A stretch of DNA of 64,000 bases from Fistulifera solaris (Eukaryota), in contig AP026131.1 of the NCBI GenBank assembly GCA_030295235.1, positions 1,178,001 to 1,242,000 of the forward strand. The letters are read 5' to 3'. The notes under the pieces were generated by a model. That model did no database searches. It was not told where the DNA came from and was given only the letters and a program-made list of their open reading frames with translations. Shown piece by piece: positions 12,736 to 25,956 of this stretch; within the stretch, counting starts at the first letter, position 1; each line of letters begins with the position of its first letter. A program made the position numbers and the translations under genes.

Positions 12736-12861
12736 AACTCAATATTATTGTAGACTAGTCTCGTATGTACGACAGATATCAGATATCCCAATGAACAATC
12801 AAAAAATAGCTTGGGGCTATTCTACGGATTCTAAAAATGATACTCCAACGTTCGATACTTA

Positions 12862-13043
12862 GGGCCATTTCTAACCGGAATGTTCGCAATTCGTATTTTC
12901 GTATTCGCGTGGTCGCGCACGTTTCCATTTTGCCCAAACGGGAGGGAAATAAGAAAATACGAAAGTTCTCGTCTGTCATTTTCTCCGGATACGAACGCGA
13001 AATGCGAAAATACGAATACGAAACTTCCGGTTAGAAATGGCCC
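12862..13043. mobile_element. 182 bp MITE, PIF/Harbinger (Tourist-like)
   Basis: Perfect 19-bp TIR GGGCCATTTCTAACCGGAA (12862-12880 / 13025-13043), extending imperfectly to ~50 bp. Flanked by TTA on both sides (12859-12861, 13044-13046). No coding capacity. Confidence 0.9.
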
Positions 13044-13316
13044 TTAGGGGCAATGTTTTCCCGAACGACGTTGGGTGTAATTTGGCTAATAAACAACCGG
13101 AACTTCATTCCCTAAAAGGAAATAAATGACACTAAGGGCAAATACCTTACATGGGCGACTGTGTCAGAAATTGTACTCTTTTGTTGCGAGCATCCCAAAT
13201 CTCAACTTCATCCAAGACCAACATTGTTGCACGACTTTACTCGATGATGATGATGTATGATGTTCGATATCGATGAGCTTTATTCTATTTCCTCTTTTGA
13301 GGAGTAATAAGTTACC

Positions 13317-14589
13317 ATGACGACTAGCTTTTTAATACAGACGGCAGCCGTGGACAATAGATCCGGTGTGCCATGGCGATCGGATGAACCCTTGCGGATT
13401 GGGGAATCCCCGTCGGGGCGACGGCGACCACGGCAGTCGTCACCTTGGGCATCGTTCGTTCCGGATTACAGATACGCCACTGATTCCTTTGTTGGAGATT
13501 TCTTGGGCAAATCCAAAATAAACATGCTGCAGAAGACACACAAAGAACACTTTTCGAAATATTTTGCCGATATACACTGCGAATCGTTCTTGGTGAGGGA
13601 CAGCCAAAACCCTTTCCTCCTTTTGAGATACGAATCGGACAAGTTGCTTCAAGAAAACGATGAAGACAATTTCTATCAGGCCATTCGAATCAATTACTCA
13701 TATTCACTGAAAGAAACAATAAACATTTCTCCTGCACAATCACAGCTGCCTCAATTTGTGGACAGTCGGAACCTAAATACTTCCAAACAACTTCTTGCTA
13801 CATTTTACGGTAGACAAACACACGTGACAGATACATCCGACTTGACCAAACTTTCCGATCATCTGTGCTTCGATGACGGCGACGATAAAGTATACAATTA
13901 CAACTTGCGATCCAGTAGTCTTCTGGCTTCTTCCATGCACCCTCTCCTACGACCCTCTGTACTCAATTTTCGCAAACGAAGACCCCTTTCGAAAGGTCGA
14001 AGTTCTCATCGAAGAGGCTCCACCACCAGTTGTAGCACGATGAGTAGTTTCGAGTCGTTCAGCAGTTTTACGCACATCCAATCGTGCGAAAGCTCTCCGT
14101 CGGACGTCAAGAAATCGCCTTCGGTTTTGGGTTCGTCGCTACGTATCCTGTTACAAACCAATCATCACCAAAAGTGGCTCCCACCAGTGTATCGGTACCC
14201 AAGGAGACCACCGGTGAAGCCATTTTGATACTACTATTATTTTGAACGTCGAAGCTCTATCCGATGATGATGTGGATGTGATTGATAGAACCGACGAACA
14301 AGTGAACACGCCAAAGCTAAGCCCGAAACTATCACGAGAACCGAACGATCCCACCGAAACAACGAAAGAGAGTGCAAAAACAATATTAGAAAAGGTAACA
14401 ACCGACTACAACAAATCCGAAGCTTCCTTGGATTTTGGAATGTTGGAAAAGCCAAAAGCAAGACGAGCTCGCAGAATCTCTGCTCTGGACGATACACCTC
14501 TTTCTATGTTCCAGCCAAGCGTTTCGACGACACAAGCAGAGAGCTCATCCGGTTTGATGTTCCTCTTTGATCCCAGTTCGTCCGTTTAA
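13317..14589 (+). CDS. Hypothetical Ser-rich protein; one homopolymer frameshift
   Basis: The 303-aa and 115-aa ORFs join (...VKPF-DTTIILNVEA...) if one T is removed from TTTT 14223-14226. No recognisable domain. Confidence 0.55.
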
Positions 14590-15188
14590 AGGAAGTGCCT
14601 TCCGTTGCAGAACCCCAGGCGATTGTACAGTACAGATCTGTTAAAGTTAAAGATAAACATGGGGACCAATCGCGAAGCTTTGCTGCGGCGGCTGACGTTA
14701 CTTTAAGGTAAAGCGAACGGCTAGCTTTATTTTTGGACCAGATAGGACCATTGGATAGGACGAATTTGAATGCCTAGTCTAGCTAAAAGCATGTTCCGGG
14801 AAAACGGAATTTCTTCATCAAGCATTCCTTCGTGCTTCTAACCCGCCTAAAAATAGGGTTACTCTACTTTGGAGGCTACACTCCAAGTAGCAATGACATA
14901 ATTTGGCATGAGCATGTTTTATTCATAGTAGGCTCTGGATTTCAAAACTTCTGTTGGGTACCGTGTCAAGACAGAAGAAACTACGTTTAAAATTTCATAT
15001 ATATACTTGCATGACAGAGTCGTTAAGAAGACGTTAAACAGAACCCAATCCACGGCTTGAAAATAATCGATGCTGCGTTTTTTGCTTTTCTGCAGCTCTC
15101 TTATTCTGCTCGCACTAAAGTAATATTCATTCACCCCATTCATTATATCATAAAAGTCTTTGTTCCTCTACCCACAAAGAACTTCGAC

Positions 15189-16768
15189 ATGCGATCCTTG
15201 AAGACTATGTCCTACTCGGACGACTTCGGCGAGGAAGGTTTCGATGTTAATGATGACAATATCGATGAGGAAAGATACGGTGCATCGAAGAATAAAGGCA
15301 GGGTCGATTTGCTCTACACAACAGACGCCAAGCGGATGAAGTCTCGCCGATGTTTCTGGATCACGGGTGGCTTGATAGTGATATCAATTGTCGCAGTCGT
15401 AGTGGTCGTCATGCTTCTGTTGAATGGAGATGAAGCGCACAAACAAACTGCCATTGTGGACGTACCTACACAAGAAGCAGCTCCGATTGGCAATACCCCT
15501 ACGGAAGATGCACCGGTCGCGGCCCCGTAGCACGGCTCTCGGCCAACGAAATACTATTGCGCGAAAAGTCACGACTCGGAGGAATTGAGTTCGACAATCA
15601 CTCAACCTATCAGTCCAAGGCCTTGGCTTGGCTCGAAGATAATCCATTCTCGCCCAGTGCCAATAATACGATATCGGACGAAGCACGCTTGCTGCAACGC
15701 TTCAGTCTGGCTTGTATCCATTTCAGTACCAATAAGGTGTCAAACGTCTATACTGAGGCGCAATTTACGGGCTACGGCCTTCAACCGTGGAATCGCGATG
15801 ACGGCTGGCTGGATGCGGAAGATGAATGCACGTGGTATGCGATCGTTTGTAATGACGAAGGCTACGTCATTGAAATCAATTTGACGAAAAATGCTCTGAC
15901 AGGGACGTTCCCTTACGAAGTCGCTTATCTGAAAGAGTATCTTGAGGTATTAAACTTGGATGCCAATTTCTTTCACAACAAAGATCATGATGGACATGCG
16001 TTCATTAAGGAGCTTCAAAACTTACGCGCGATGAGTGTACGTGATACATTCATGCAGTATAACGGTATTCCGCCTCATTACGGTCACCTTCCACGCTTGC
16101 AATCTTTGGATATCAGCTACGTTGTCTATACCGGAAGCACGTCGGATGACTTTATGCAGGCGATGGAGAATCCGCTGCCAGAGCTTGTTTTCCTCGACAT
16201 TTCGGGAAATTCATTCAATGGTCCGATCCCAAACTCCATCATCAGCCTCCCTAAACTCACGGCCTTCTATGCCGTGAATAGCAACGTCGAAAGTGACGTC
16301 TCTTTTGTTGCGAATATGGGGAATGCCATAGAAGTTTGGCTGGACGAAAATCCTGGTCTCACGGGTCGCCTTCCCGAAAGCCTGGGTAGCATCATCAGCC
16401 TTCGATCTTTCGCCGTTACAGAGTGCAGCCTGACAGGGCCCATTCCTACCTCCATGGGGAACCTGGTGGCTTTACAGCAGGTTTGGTTGTATGGTAACCA
16501 GCTGGATGGCCAAGTGCCATCTTCCTTGGGCAGCCTCCTGAAGCTAGAAACATTCGAAGTACACAATAATTTACTGACAGGATCCATGCCCACACAAATG
16601 TGCACCAACATGATAACGGGTGTTCTTCAAACTCTTCAAGCGGACTGCCCGGATGAAATTCAGTGCACATGCTGTACCTGCTGCGGGTCGTCTTGTGAAA
16701 GAGAACCCAGTTATGGAGGTCGCAGACAACTATGGGAACGACCGGAGCGAAAGGAGCGACTTAATTAA
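15189..16768 (+). CDS. Type II membrane leucine-rich repeat (L-domain-like) protein
   Basis: N-terminal cytosolic part, TM WITGGLIVISIVAVVVVVMLLL, then YQSKALAWL, QRFSLACIHFST and ECTWYAIVC cap. Plant-type LRRs (NxLTGxIPxxLG) and C-terminal ADC..CTCCTCC. Missing C at 15523-15526 joins the two ORFs. Confidence 0.88.
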
Positions 16769-17298
16769 GAATCGTAGCGCTGAATAACCTAACGCATAGT
16801 TGTATCCTCATTTACTAGACGCCTATAATAATATAAAAGGCATCACAGTGCCAAGACTGCAATCTTGTGCTGAGTCATGAAGCCTGCTCGTGAGGAGTCC
16901 AGATTTGTACTCAATGGATTTTGTCCTTATGCTAGCTAGTATAGCAAGCTTACAGTACACTGGACGCTGCCTGTTTCTCTAGCTCCCAGCTCCTACTCTA
17001 GGGAGCTCCCTACCTATAGCTATAGAGTCCCAAGCTAGTCGGCATTCGGCATCCGTCCCTTAGTCCGTCTGTCCGTCGTAGTTCCCCACCAGGATGAAGG
17101 TCAAAGATTTTACCTACTTTTTAGTCCAGAGTGGCCAGCCGTCAATGTCAAACGCAGAGCACTAGCGCGTCGCGTTGCAATCAACGAAGAAAAAAGCTGA
17201 TGGCTGCCGTTCTTCATCCCCTATCGTTATAAGCGCTTTGCATCGCTAAACATTGTTTCTTAGCAAGAGCTTCGGTAGAGAAGCCTAAAAATAGAACT

Positions 17299-17790
17299 AT
17301 GCGGCTTTCACTTGTTTTGGTGGCGGTCTGTCTGAGCGTGGCCGATGCTTTTGTTCGAGGCGAAGTGAGGCGATCGGCTTGCACCTTTGACGAGCTGCAG
17401 ACGCAGAGGTGCTCTACTGCCTTGTTTGCCGCAAAGGCTAGCAAGTCGAAGAAAGGGGCTAAAATGGCTTCCAAGAAAGCACCCGCCGTTGCGGAAAAAC
17501 CTGACACTTTCAAAAAGGCGGACTTTGTCGCTGCTGTCTCCGAGAGGACAGGAATGACTAAGAAAGAAAGCGAAGTCGCGATTCAGGCTGTATTCGACAC
17601 AGTAATGGAAGAGGTCGGCGCAGGAAAGCGCGTGAACCTTGTGGGCTTTGGAACTTTCACTCTCAAAGATCGATCAGCACGAAAAGGTCGCAATCCTCAA
17701 ACTGGTGAGGAAATTGACATTCCTGCTAGCAAAGCCCCTGGTTTCACGGTCGCAAAGGCCTGGAAAGACATTCTCAATGGAAAAGCTTAA
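17299..17790 (+). CDS. Plastid-targeted bacterial-type histone-like DNA-binding protein HU
   Basis: HU/IHF signature KRVNLVGFGTF..RSARKGRNPQTGEEIDIPASKAPGF. N-terminal signal peptide ending ADA-F followed by a basic transit-like segment. Confidence 0.92.
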   Translation: MRLSLVLVAVCLSVADAFVRGEVRRSACTFDELQTQRCSTALFAAKASKSKKGAKMASKKAPAVAEKPDTFKKADFVAAVSERTGMTKKESEVAIQAVFDTVMEEVGAGKRVNLVGFGTFTLKDRSARKGRNPQTGEEIDIPASKAPGFTVAKAWKDILNGKA

Positions 17791-17977
17791 TTATTATAGC
17801 CGAGCTAGATTTAATTAACAGTTACAGAGATTGCCTGATGCTTGTTCGCGTGTTTTGTAGAAGGGCAGCACTCAAACCTAAAGTTTGATATTAGTCTTAA
17901 TGCAAAATATGTGTAGTTAGAAAGCTTAATTCAAGCTACTCTTATGTAGAAGTATTGTCGTAAAGCCCATAGCATCA

Positions 17978-18783
17978 TTATTCCCATTTAAACCCAACTT
18001 TGGTCAATAACTCAAAGTGATCTTTCTTCAAGCTGCCGTACTTTGTAGGATTTCTGTTCTTTTACGTTGCTTGTTTACCCATCCACCTAGTTTGACATTC
18101 CCCTTGTACTTTTGCGGCACGTTGCAGTCACCATAGTGGTTCTTGTAGACAAGAAGGTTCTCGTAACTTTCATTCCAAGTCAGCTTTTCGCCTTGATGAG
18201 GAAAGGTTGGGAACACTTGGTCCTTCAATGGGCTATTCTCTCGGTCAGAGCGTTTCACAGGCTTGGATGGAATGCGAGGATTATCCAGATAAATCTCTTG
18301 AAGGTGCGGGGGCGGGCGATGATGGTACTGATGCTGAGGAGGATGAAAAGGAGCTGGATAGCGCGTTTGCTGGGGCTGACCGTATGTACTGAACGGGCTG
18401 GAATGATGGAACGATTGTCCCTGAGGAGGGAAATCAAAGTAGACCTCTCGAGATGCTGCGTAGCTCGGAGGGTAGACTTTTCTCCGTTTGCTGGGGCTCG
18501 AATTCTCTCCGCTGTCTGTGGCAACTGCACTCAGATGAGCTTCGCCATCCAAGTCTTGGTTGGCGTTCCACGAGGGCGAGGAAGCTATTGCGTTCTCATT
18601 TGTACCGGCAACTCTGCTACGAAAGATCGAAGCCTTGTTGTTTGATTTTCCACTTTTGCCCGGACTCATATCATCTTCGCCCTCAGATGGATTGCACATG
18701 TATTTATCTTCTCCAAAGGTCCTTTGATTCTCATACAACCATGCTCGCTGCAGGGGAGTAAGGTCGCTAACAAGAGAAGGCAT
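17978..18783 (-). CDS. Low-complexity protein with one C-terminal helicase-associated (HA) domain
   Basis: WNESYENLLVYKNHYGDCNVPQKY..LGGWVNKQR. Adding one A at 18060-18063 completes the domain (...KDHFELLTKVGFKWE*, stop at 17978). Confidence 0.8.
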
Positions 18784-19536
18784 GGTGAATCGATACTCGG
18801 CTATTATAAATCAGTGTAATCGGGTAGAAAGAATCCTGGGTTAACATCTGCAATGCAACCGAACAAGGAAATGAGAAATGAAAGAATTTGGAGTGAGATG
18901 GCTCGCCCCGATCAAAGCCCTTTCTCCAAAACACAAAAATGAGCTGAAATGGTCGGGGAAATGTCGCAACGGAAAGTTCAACGATGCATCTCCGACGTCT
19001 TTCTGCATCACACATACAAATTTTGCCATAGCCCTTTGTCGCACGGACACTTTTCCGGCAAGGCTAGTACACTTAGGGCTATAGTAAAACTCAACGAAAT
19101 TAATTTAGTCCGCAACGTGTTCGTTCATGACAAACACTATGGATATCTAGTTCAACTTAGGTTTCAACGGAGAGATTATTGATGGCTTTCCTTTCTAGTC
19201 AGATAGCGAGACGCACTAAATACCAACAAAAACACAAAGCTTAGCATCTTAACCCCTAAGGTACGCAGGACGCTAGGGATGGCAGCAAGGGACTGACTCC
19301 TTGTAGGTTCGTAATCAATGATGCGTCGACATGGTTTCTCATGCACTCTCGATAACCAGACATCCTTGATCAGTGTGCCAAAAGTCAAAATATGTATAAC
19401 CACCATTGCTCTTGGGAATGCTTGGTTACTCGGCTAGTCGGTCACACCAACTTCAAAGCAACAAGCGAGCGTGCTGAATCAGCAACTACCGGTACTTGAC
19501 AAAACTAACTCTAATTATGAACTATGAAATAGAAAA

Positions 19537-20649
19537 TTAACCTTTTGCAAAGCTCAGACAGCGGTCAGCTCGCGATTGCTCGGGGCACGATGTATCAAGG
19601 AGATTCATCGACTTTTCGAAATCCGCAGAATTCAAATTTTCAGCTCTCGCCAAGATTTCCTTGTATGCTCGTATCTCTTTGCACAGCGCTCGACATATAA
19701 ACTTCTGCGCTTCGCTGGAGAGTTCAGTATCCGCCTTACTTTTCTTTCTTGTCTTGTTGCGCGGCTTGAAGGCTTCTTCGTTGATTACGACGGGAATTTC
19801 TGCTGAGGATACTATTTTTCGGCAGCGTTCCAATCTTGAGCTATGAATTCACTTCGAATGGCCAATATCCTGGCGTGTGTGGGTACAGTATTCATGTAAT
19901 ACTGATAATTGTAGTAGTTGTGCCGGCAGTATGCTTTCTTGCCGCGAATCGCCTCCCATGCCCGGTATTTGCACTCATGTGAAACGTTCGTGTCGTTAGG
20001 CGACAAACCTTTCTCCGCTAGGTCATTCAGTGTAGCATAGGGGCAGTCGACAAAGAGGGTCTCTTCTCTGCCCAAAAAGGATCCTTCAAACTGGACGGCC
20101 GCTCATAAGCAAACCATGATTTTATTCTCTCCAGAGGGTCTCTCGTCGTAACCAGATAGAACTCCGTTGTTTCGGAACAGTCGTTAATGGTATTGTGGTT
20201 GAGATGTGTGGTCTTTTGTGGTAGGTCTCCGTTCAATACGGACTGATCTTCGCAGCTGTATGCGAACCCAAGTAAACAGGCCAGAGTGCTGCCAGCGGTT
20301 TTCCCGATATGTACGAAGCAGACTTTTGGTTTCGCTTCCATAGGCACAGAAAAGGGTTTGCGGGCCCACTCCGGCAGTATTTTTGAGTCCTATTTTCGTA
20401 AGGCGAAGCTCGGTGTATCAGCGGCGATTGTTCCGTTTCTATACTTTCCTTTCGATTGAGAACACTGTCTGTGCTTTGCGATTGCAGCGTGGATGATCGA
20501 AAAAATGACGCATTGATCACCGTCCAGCTCACAAGAACAACTAATAATAGCAATAGGGCGCAACTCTGAGTTGTCGGAATGAAAAGGGTGCTTCTTAATG
20601 ACGATGCAGGCGAGGCACCTTTCCGACGTTTCAAATTAGAGTCCGGCAT
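19537..20649 (-). CDS. Type II membrane sulfotransferase-family (P-loop-like) protein; 3 homopolymer frameshifts
   Basis: N-terminal TM (ALLLLLVVLVSWTVI), FVHIGKTAGSTL (5'-PSB-like) and RDPLERIKSWFAY (3'-PB-like). Four ORFs join with single-base additions at 20380-20384, 20057-20059 and 19815-19819. Confidence 0.7.
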
Positions 20650-21344
20650 TTCATGGATGATTGCGAACAATAAATAACGCTTTCAGCTACTTTCATCTTT
20701 TCATCGTCGCGTGTTTTGTGTTTGGTTGCATTTTTGTCGTTCCACTTTATGCCACGGTGTCGGACCGTTGCTCGTCTATCAGATCCATTATTATTTTTGA
20801 GTGAGTCCTGTGTTCTGTGTCCCGTCGTCGTTCGTCGTTCGTCGTTCGCACCTCGCATCGCGCAGGTTCGCGCGCTCGTAATGCGAAGCTGTGACAGTCT
20901 GGTGTCCGTCCAGTCACAATTTTCGTACGTACGTGGTTTCTGATTTTGTACACTTTACTGGAGATTACGATGGGGAAGTCGGGACCTCGCAATCAAATCC
21001 CGGTTCCCGTCGCGGCGCGCTATTCGTCAACGTCTACGACATTTGAAAAGATGTAGAAATAGATCGGTTGAGAAGTAACGCGGTATTCAAGCCTCTAATA
21101 AGTTTTTCTACATTCTCTTATGTAAATGTTATTTGCTGTAGACTTTATAGTAGTGAAATTTCCGCGCGCCTGCCGATCGCAGTGACCACGTGACCACCCT
21201 GTTTTCGGATTTCTGGGAAAAAACTTCTCCACCCCACGCCGACGAAATGGATGAACGTGTAGAAATTGCCGATCAGCCGATGAAAGAAAGAACCACAAAT
21301 AATAACAACACAAAGCGCAAGTAACTACACAATACGGCTGATCA

Positions 21345-22653
21345 ATGGCTTCGAAGCTGAACGACACCGAAATTATCGAGGCCGTATCGTCATCGGTCGA
21401 GTTTTCCTTCATTGAGGATGACAAGAATAACAAGATTCCTCTTGATGACAGGCAAAAGGCAATCACGGATGGCGACGAAAGTTCTACAGATAAAAAGCAG
21501 GGCACAAAACGGTTCTTTTGATGGTGACTCTGGCGTCGACTATTATTTTTGCGGGATCTTTGTTGATGGCCTTTTGTTGATGAAAGATAGTCAAAGCTCC
21601 GACGTTTCATCCGTCGCAGTGACCCCCGAATCTCCTCCTCCTAAAAACAATCCTCTACCTACACCAACAGAGAATGATACGAACGAAACAAGTGTCGATG
21701 AGTATCCTGTCGGGGAGCCTGCCTTTCTTCCTTCGGCGACACCTGTTCAAAATACGTCGGTTGTGGTCACATTATCCCCGGTAGTGTCTCCGGTACTCCC
21801 GTCCCCTGTTCTTATCGAACCATCGGCGTCTCCGTCGACTATCAGTCCCATTGTCTTTTACGCCTTCGGCGATATCCCCTACAGTGCCGCGGAAGCCGTC
21901 GGCCTCGAAGCCATGATGGACCATGTTCCGCTCGATGCGGATTTTGTAGTACATGTTGGCGACATTCGTCTAGCACGCGACAGCGCCCCCTGCCTCCGCA
22001 GTGAGTACGAAGCCGTGCGCGACTTGTTTCTTCGTTCCCATGCACCAGTCTTATTGGCTATGGGTGACAATGAATGGAACGATTGTCCGAATATTGATGA
22101 GGGATATAAGCTGTGGATCCAAACATTTGGTACTTTCGAGGACGAATGGCCCACCAGCCCTTCCTTGCAGCGGTGGGTCAAGTACCCGGAAGCATTCCAC
22201 TTTGTGATGCGTGATGTTCTCTTTATTTGTCTGAATTTGGTGGGTGGCCTGGTACACGATGTCGATGAATGGTTTACGCGACTAGAGTACCAATATAATT
22301 CCACGCGGAGTCTCATCTTAGAGTACGAGGCCAAATACGGGGATGTTGCCAAGGTTGTTATTATTGGACACTGCGATCCTTCAGTCGATCATCGGGCGTT
22401 CTTCAAGCCGTTTTCCACCTTTGTCAACGAAGAATTGCAGAACAGAATCCCGATCATGTATCTCAACGGAGATAAGCATGAATGGGACTTGAGTTACGAC
22501 TACATGGGCGCACCAAGTTTCATGCGTCTCATGGTGGTGGGAGGTTCCAAAGAGGGACCTATTCGTATTGAAATCAACCCGCAAGAACTGAGTAATGATC
22601 CTCGCATTGCATTCGGGGTGCTACGAGATTCTTACTCGTTTGAAAGAAGATAA
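21345..22653 (+). CDS. Membrane-anchored calcineurin-like metallophosphoesterase with Pro/Ser/Thr stalk
   Basis: Motifs FGDIPY, HVGDI, MGDNEWNDC, IIGH and NGDKH. ATG at 21345 and TM FFLMVTLASTIIFAGSLLMAFLL are recovered by adding one T at 21516-21519 and one at 21572-21575. Confidence 0.78.
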
Positions 22654-23158
22654 TGTCCGTACATAACAACAACTGGCTACCATTTCGTGATGCAACGACA
22701 AGCGTCGCATACGCAATCAGTGAATATAATTCGTCTTGCACAGTATGAATAAAAAACATAAGCTATAGCATATCAGTCTCTTCGCGAAGCTAAAGAATAA
22801 AGAAAAGTGCGCCATAGCAGACTTACGTCACAGCAATTTCTACAATATGGTCGACAGTGCATTCTATATTACTTAGAATTAGTACAACAGTCTGCTGGCT
22901 CTTTCCTCCAACGGAGAACAAATGCTAAATAAATAGGCTGGACGGCGTGACACATCTCATACTGGAGTTTCTCTTCGAACTGCACTCACTCGCACCGCAA
23001 CAACAAAAGCAACCTCACGTTGCCGTGAAAAGAAAAAGCGCAAAAGGTCATCAGTAAGTGCTCTCAAAACGGCCTCTCTTTCTTTCAAATAGCCAATTCA
23101 CAAGCTTGACTTGTGTAAAACGGTTGCTTACTAGTTATTTTGACTATAGTTTGTGAAA

Positions 23159-25833
23159 ATGGGACTAGTTGCGACTTGGTTGAACGGAATCGGCTTGAGT
23201 TATGCGGTTCCGACATTTCATGCCGCCGGAATCGATAATCCTGCGGCGCTCGCGCAGTTAGATGTTTCACACTTCGAGGCGCTCGGTGTCAAAGATGGAG
23301 AAGATCGTCGCAAACTGTTCTTTCTCGTACAGCGCATCAAAATGGCCTGCGATAAATCCGACCAAACGTCATCCGAAGTCGACTCCGTGCTGGCAAAGAC
23401 GATGGGCCCCAGTTTATCGTTAAATGCCTCGCAAGCTGTAGAGCCTGACCTCGATATGATACAGTCTAGTCAATCTAGTTCTCAGCAATCGTCGAAAGAG
23501 CATCGTCAAGAAGAAATCGTCCCTGTTGCGACCCAAAGCCCACGACCAATGCGGCGACATGAGCATTCCGATTTGACAACGGATGATGATGATGTGTTTT
23601 TGGAAAATAAGGCTTCCTTGTCGAATCAAAAGAGGAGAATTCAAAACCAGTGAAAGATAGCACGGATTTAGAACCTACTGCTGTCAGTGTTGAAGAACTG
23701 CCAGCCAACACGGTAACAACACGCCGAACCAGCCGTCGCATCGCAGAACAAAAACCTGTTTCGGAACGGCAAAGCAAGCTGGCAGCACCAGGAAAGCGAT
23801 CCAGTAGCCTCAATCGACTCTCTGTGGACACGGAAAGCAAAATCACGTCGAGGCGAACCACTGGATTAGGGCCGACGGACCCGCGTTCGATCCCCATGCG
23901 CGTCAACAAACGTCTGTCGGTCATTCCAGCCGAAGCCGTGGCCCCGATGTCGCCCTTGGGGGAATTATTAGCCGACAAGATAGATACGAAGGCTTTATCG
24001 GATTTGCCGTCGGTGCAATTATCGGACTCGCACGATCATCTCTCGGTGTCGACATCCAGCTCCAGTGGTGATAAGCCGCAAGCCAGTCGTCAGAGTCGAT
24101 TTTCGCGCTCGTATACCAACCCGGATATCGGTCGACCGAGTTTAGGAGGAAACCATCAGCAACGTTCTTCCAGTATGAATGGGAGAGTTTCAGTGCAAGG
24201 CCGCAAGGTGGATACATCGTTCAAAGCTCAAATTGAGAAATTGCGACAAGAAAATATTCAAGAGTACGAATTGTTCGGAAAGCCCGATGCGAATCAGGAA
24301 GCGTATGATGATAACATGCGCATACGTGTCATGGTACGAAAGAGACCCATGTCGCGCTCCGAAATCGTTGCAGCAGGTGATGTTGATGTCATTCATCCAT
24401 TCGACCATGGATCGTACGGAAGACTTCTCGTGTACAACCCCAAAACAAAAGTAGACTTGACCAAGACGATTGAAGCTTTGTCGTTTTCATTCGACAATGT
24501 ATTTGATGAAACATCAACCAACGCGCAAATTTACGAAACAGCTATCCGCGGTATGATTCCTAATTTATTCGACGGTCAGTGGGCCAGTATTTTCGCATAC
24601 GGACAAACGGGAAGTGGTAAAACCTTTACAATGATGGGCTCCACCGTTACCGGATTGAGCGAAAACACATTTGACCCCTCCAACTTAGGGTTGTACTACA
24701 TGGCTGCTCTAGATTTATTCCAAGCCATACGAACTCCCGGATTTGAACACTTTGGAATTCGAGCTTCCCTCTTTGAAATATATGGAGGCAAACTCTACGA
24801 TCTTTTGAACGACAAAGAACAGGTAAAATGTTTGGAGGACAGTGCTGGTCGTGTCTGTTTCCCTGGCTTGACGGAGCATGATGTCTACAGTGCTGATGAG
24901 CTCATGGACATTATTGACCAAGGCTCAAGTATTCGAGCCACAGGCTCCACGTCCCGGAATGCCGACAGCTCTCGTTCCCATGCCGTTTTACAGCTACATC
25001 TTGTGGAAACAACCCAGAATGGAAAGCATCAGTCTGAATTCAGTCGTCTAACTTTCATCGACTTGGCAGGGAGTGAGCGCGGGGCGGACACTGCGACGGC
25101 GAGCCGTGCAACGCGTCTCGAGGGATCCGACATCAACACGAGCTTACTAGCTTTGAAGGAAGTTATCAGGGCACTCGCTACAGGAGATTCGATGGCGCAT
25201 GTGCCATTTCGCGGTAGTCGGCTAACCCAGGTCCTAAAGGAAAGTTTTGTAGGGGAAAACAGCCAAAGCGTTATGATTGCTTGCGTATCTCCGAATATAG
25301 GAAACGTGGAGCCTACATTGAACACACTGCGATACGCCGATCGCGTGAAAGAAAGAAACTCTGAGACAGGTGAACTTTCGGCAGCCGTTGCCAGCAATAT
25401 GAGAAGAAAAGTGAACGTGCGTCAACCGCCGCCCTCGAAAATTAATTTGATGAAAAGATCTAGTTCGATAGAAACGGACAACTCTGAGATGTTGGAAGAG
25501 TTGCTGGCATCTCCCAAACAAGCAGAGAGACCCACTTCGGTCGACATCGATTATTCCAACTTGCCCGAAGACAATAAATGTCGCGAGCTTGCAAACGAAT
25601 TAATAATGGAACACAAACGAATTATGTCTGAGATGCTTGCAATGGTCAAAGACGAGATGACAATCGTTAATCAGGCTGATGCAGACCATGAAGGTCTTAA
25701 GGAATATGTCTCGCAACTCAATGCCGTTCATGAACAGCAATTGTCTCACATTGCGATACTAAGGGAGCATTTGTTGGCCTACCGAATAGCGCAAACAGGT
25801 GGTGATGATAGTTTTGAGGACTTGCGCGATTAG
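23159..25833 (+). CDS. Kinesin-13 family motor with N-terminal SAM domain (KIF24-like architecture)
   Basis: SAM-like WLNGIGLSYAVPTF..HFEALGVKD..DRRKLF; RVMVRKRP, KTKVDLTK (KVD finger), FAYGQTGSGKTFTM, NADSSRSHA, FIDLAGSER, HVPFRGSRLT. Missing A at 23628-23631. Confidence 0.92.
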
Positions 25834-25956
25834 AGACTCTTGTTTCGATCGTACGTCACTTGTAAAAATAAAATTATGTAAAAGATCGATTAAAAACTAC
25901 GACTGAATGGTAGTACTTCTAAATTATTTATGATTCATTTTTCTGGGACGTAATTC

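Noticed and set aside
13044..13115. Weak inverted repeat TTAGGGGCAATG...CATTCCCTAA right of the MITE
   Set aside because: Too short and mismatched to call a second element.
19812..19820. AAA-TAG at a frameshift, resembling Euplotes-type programmed frameshifting
   Set aside because: Restoring the frame needs a -1 shift, not +1, and the other frameshift sites share no such motif. Homopolymer error is the simpler explanation.
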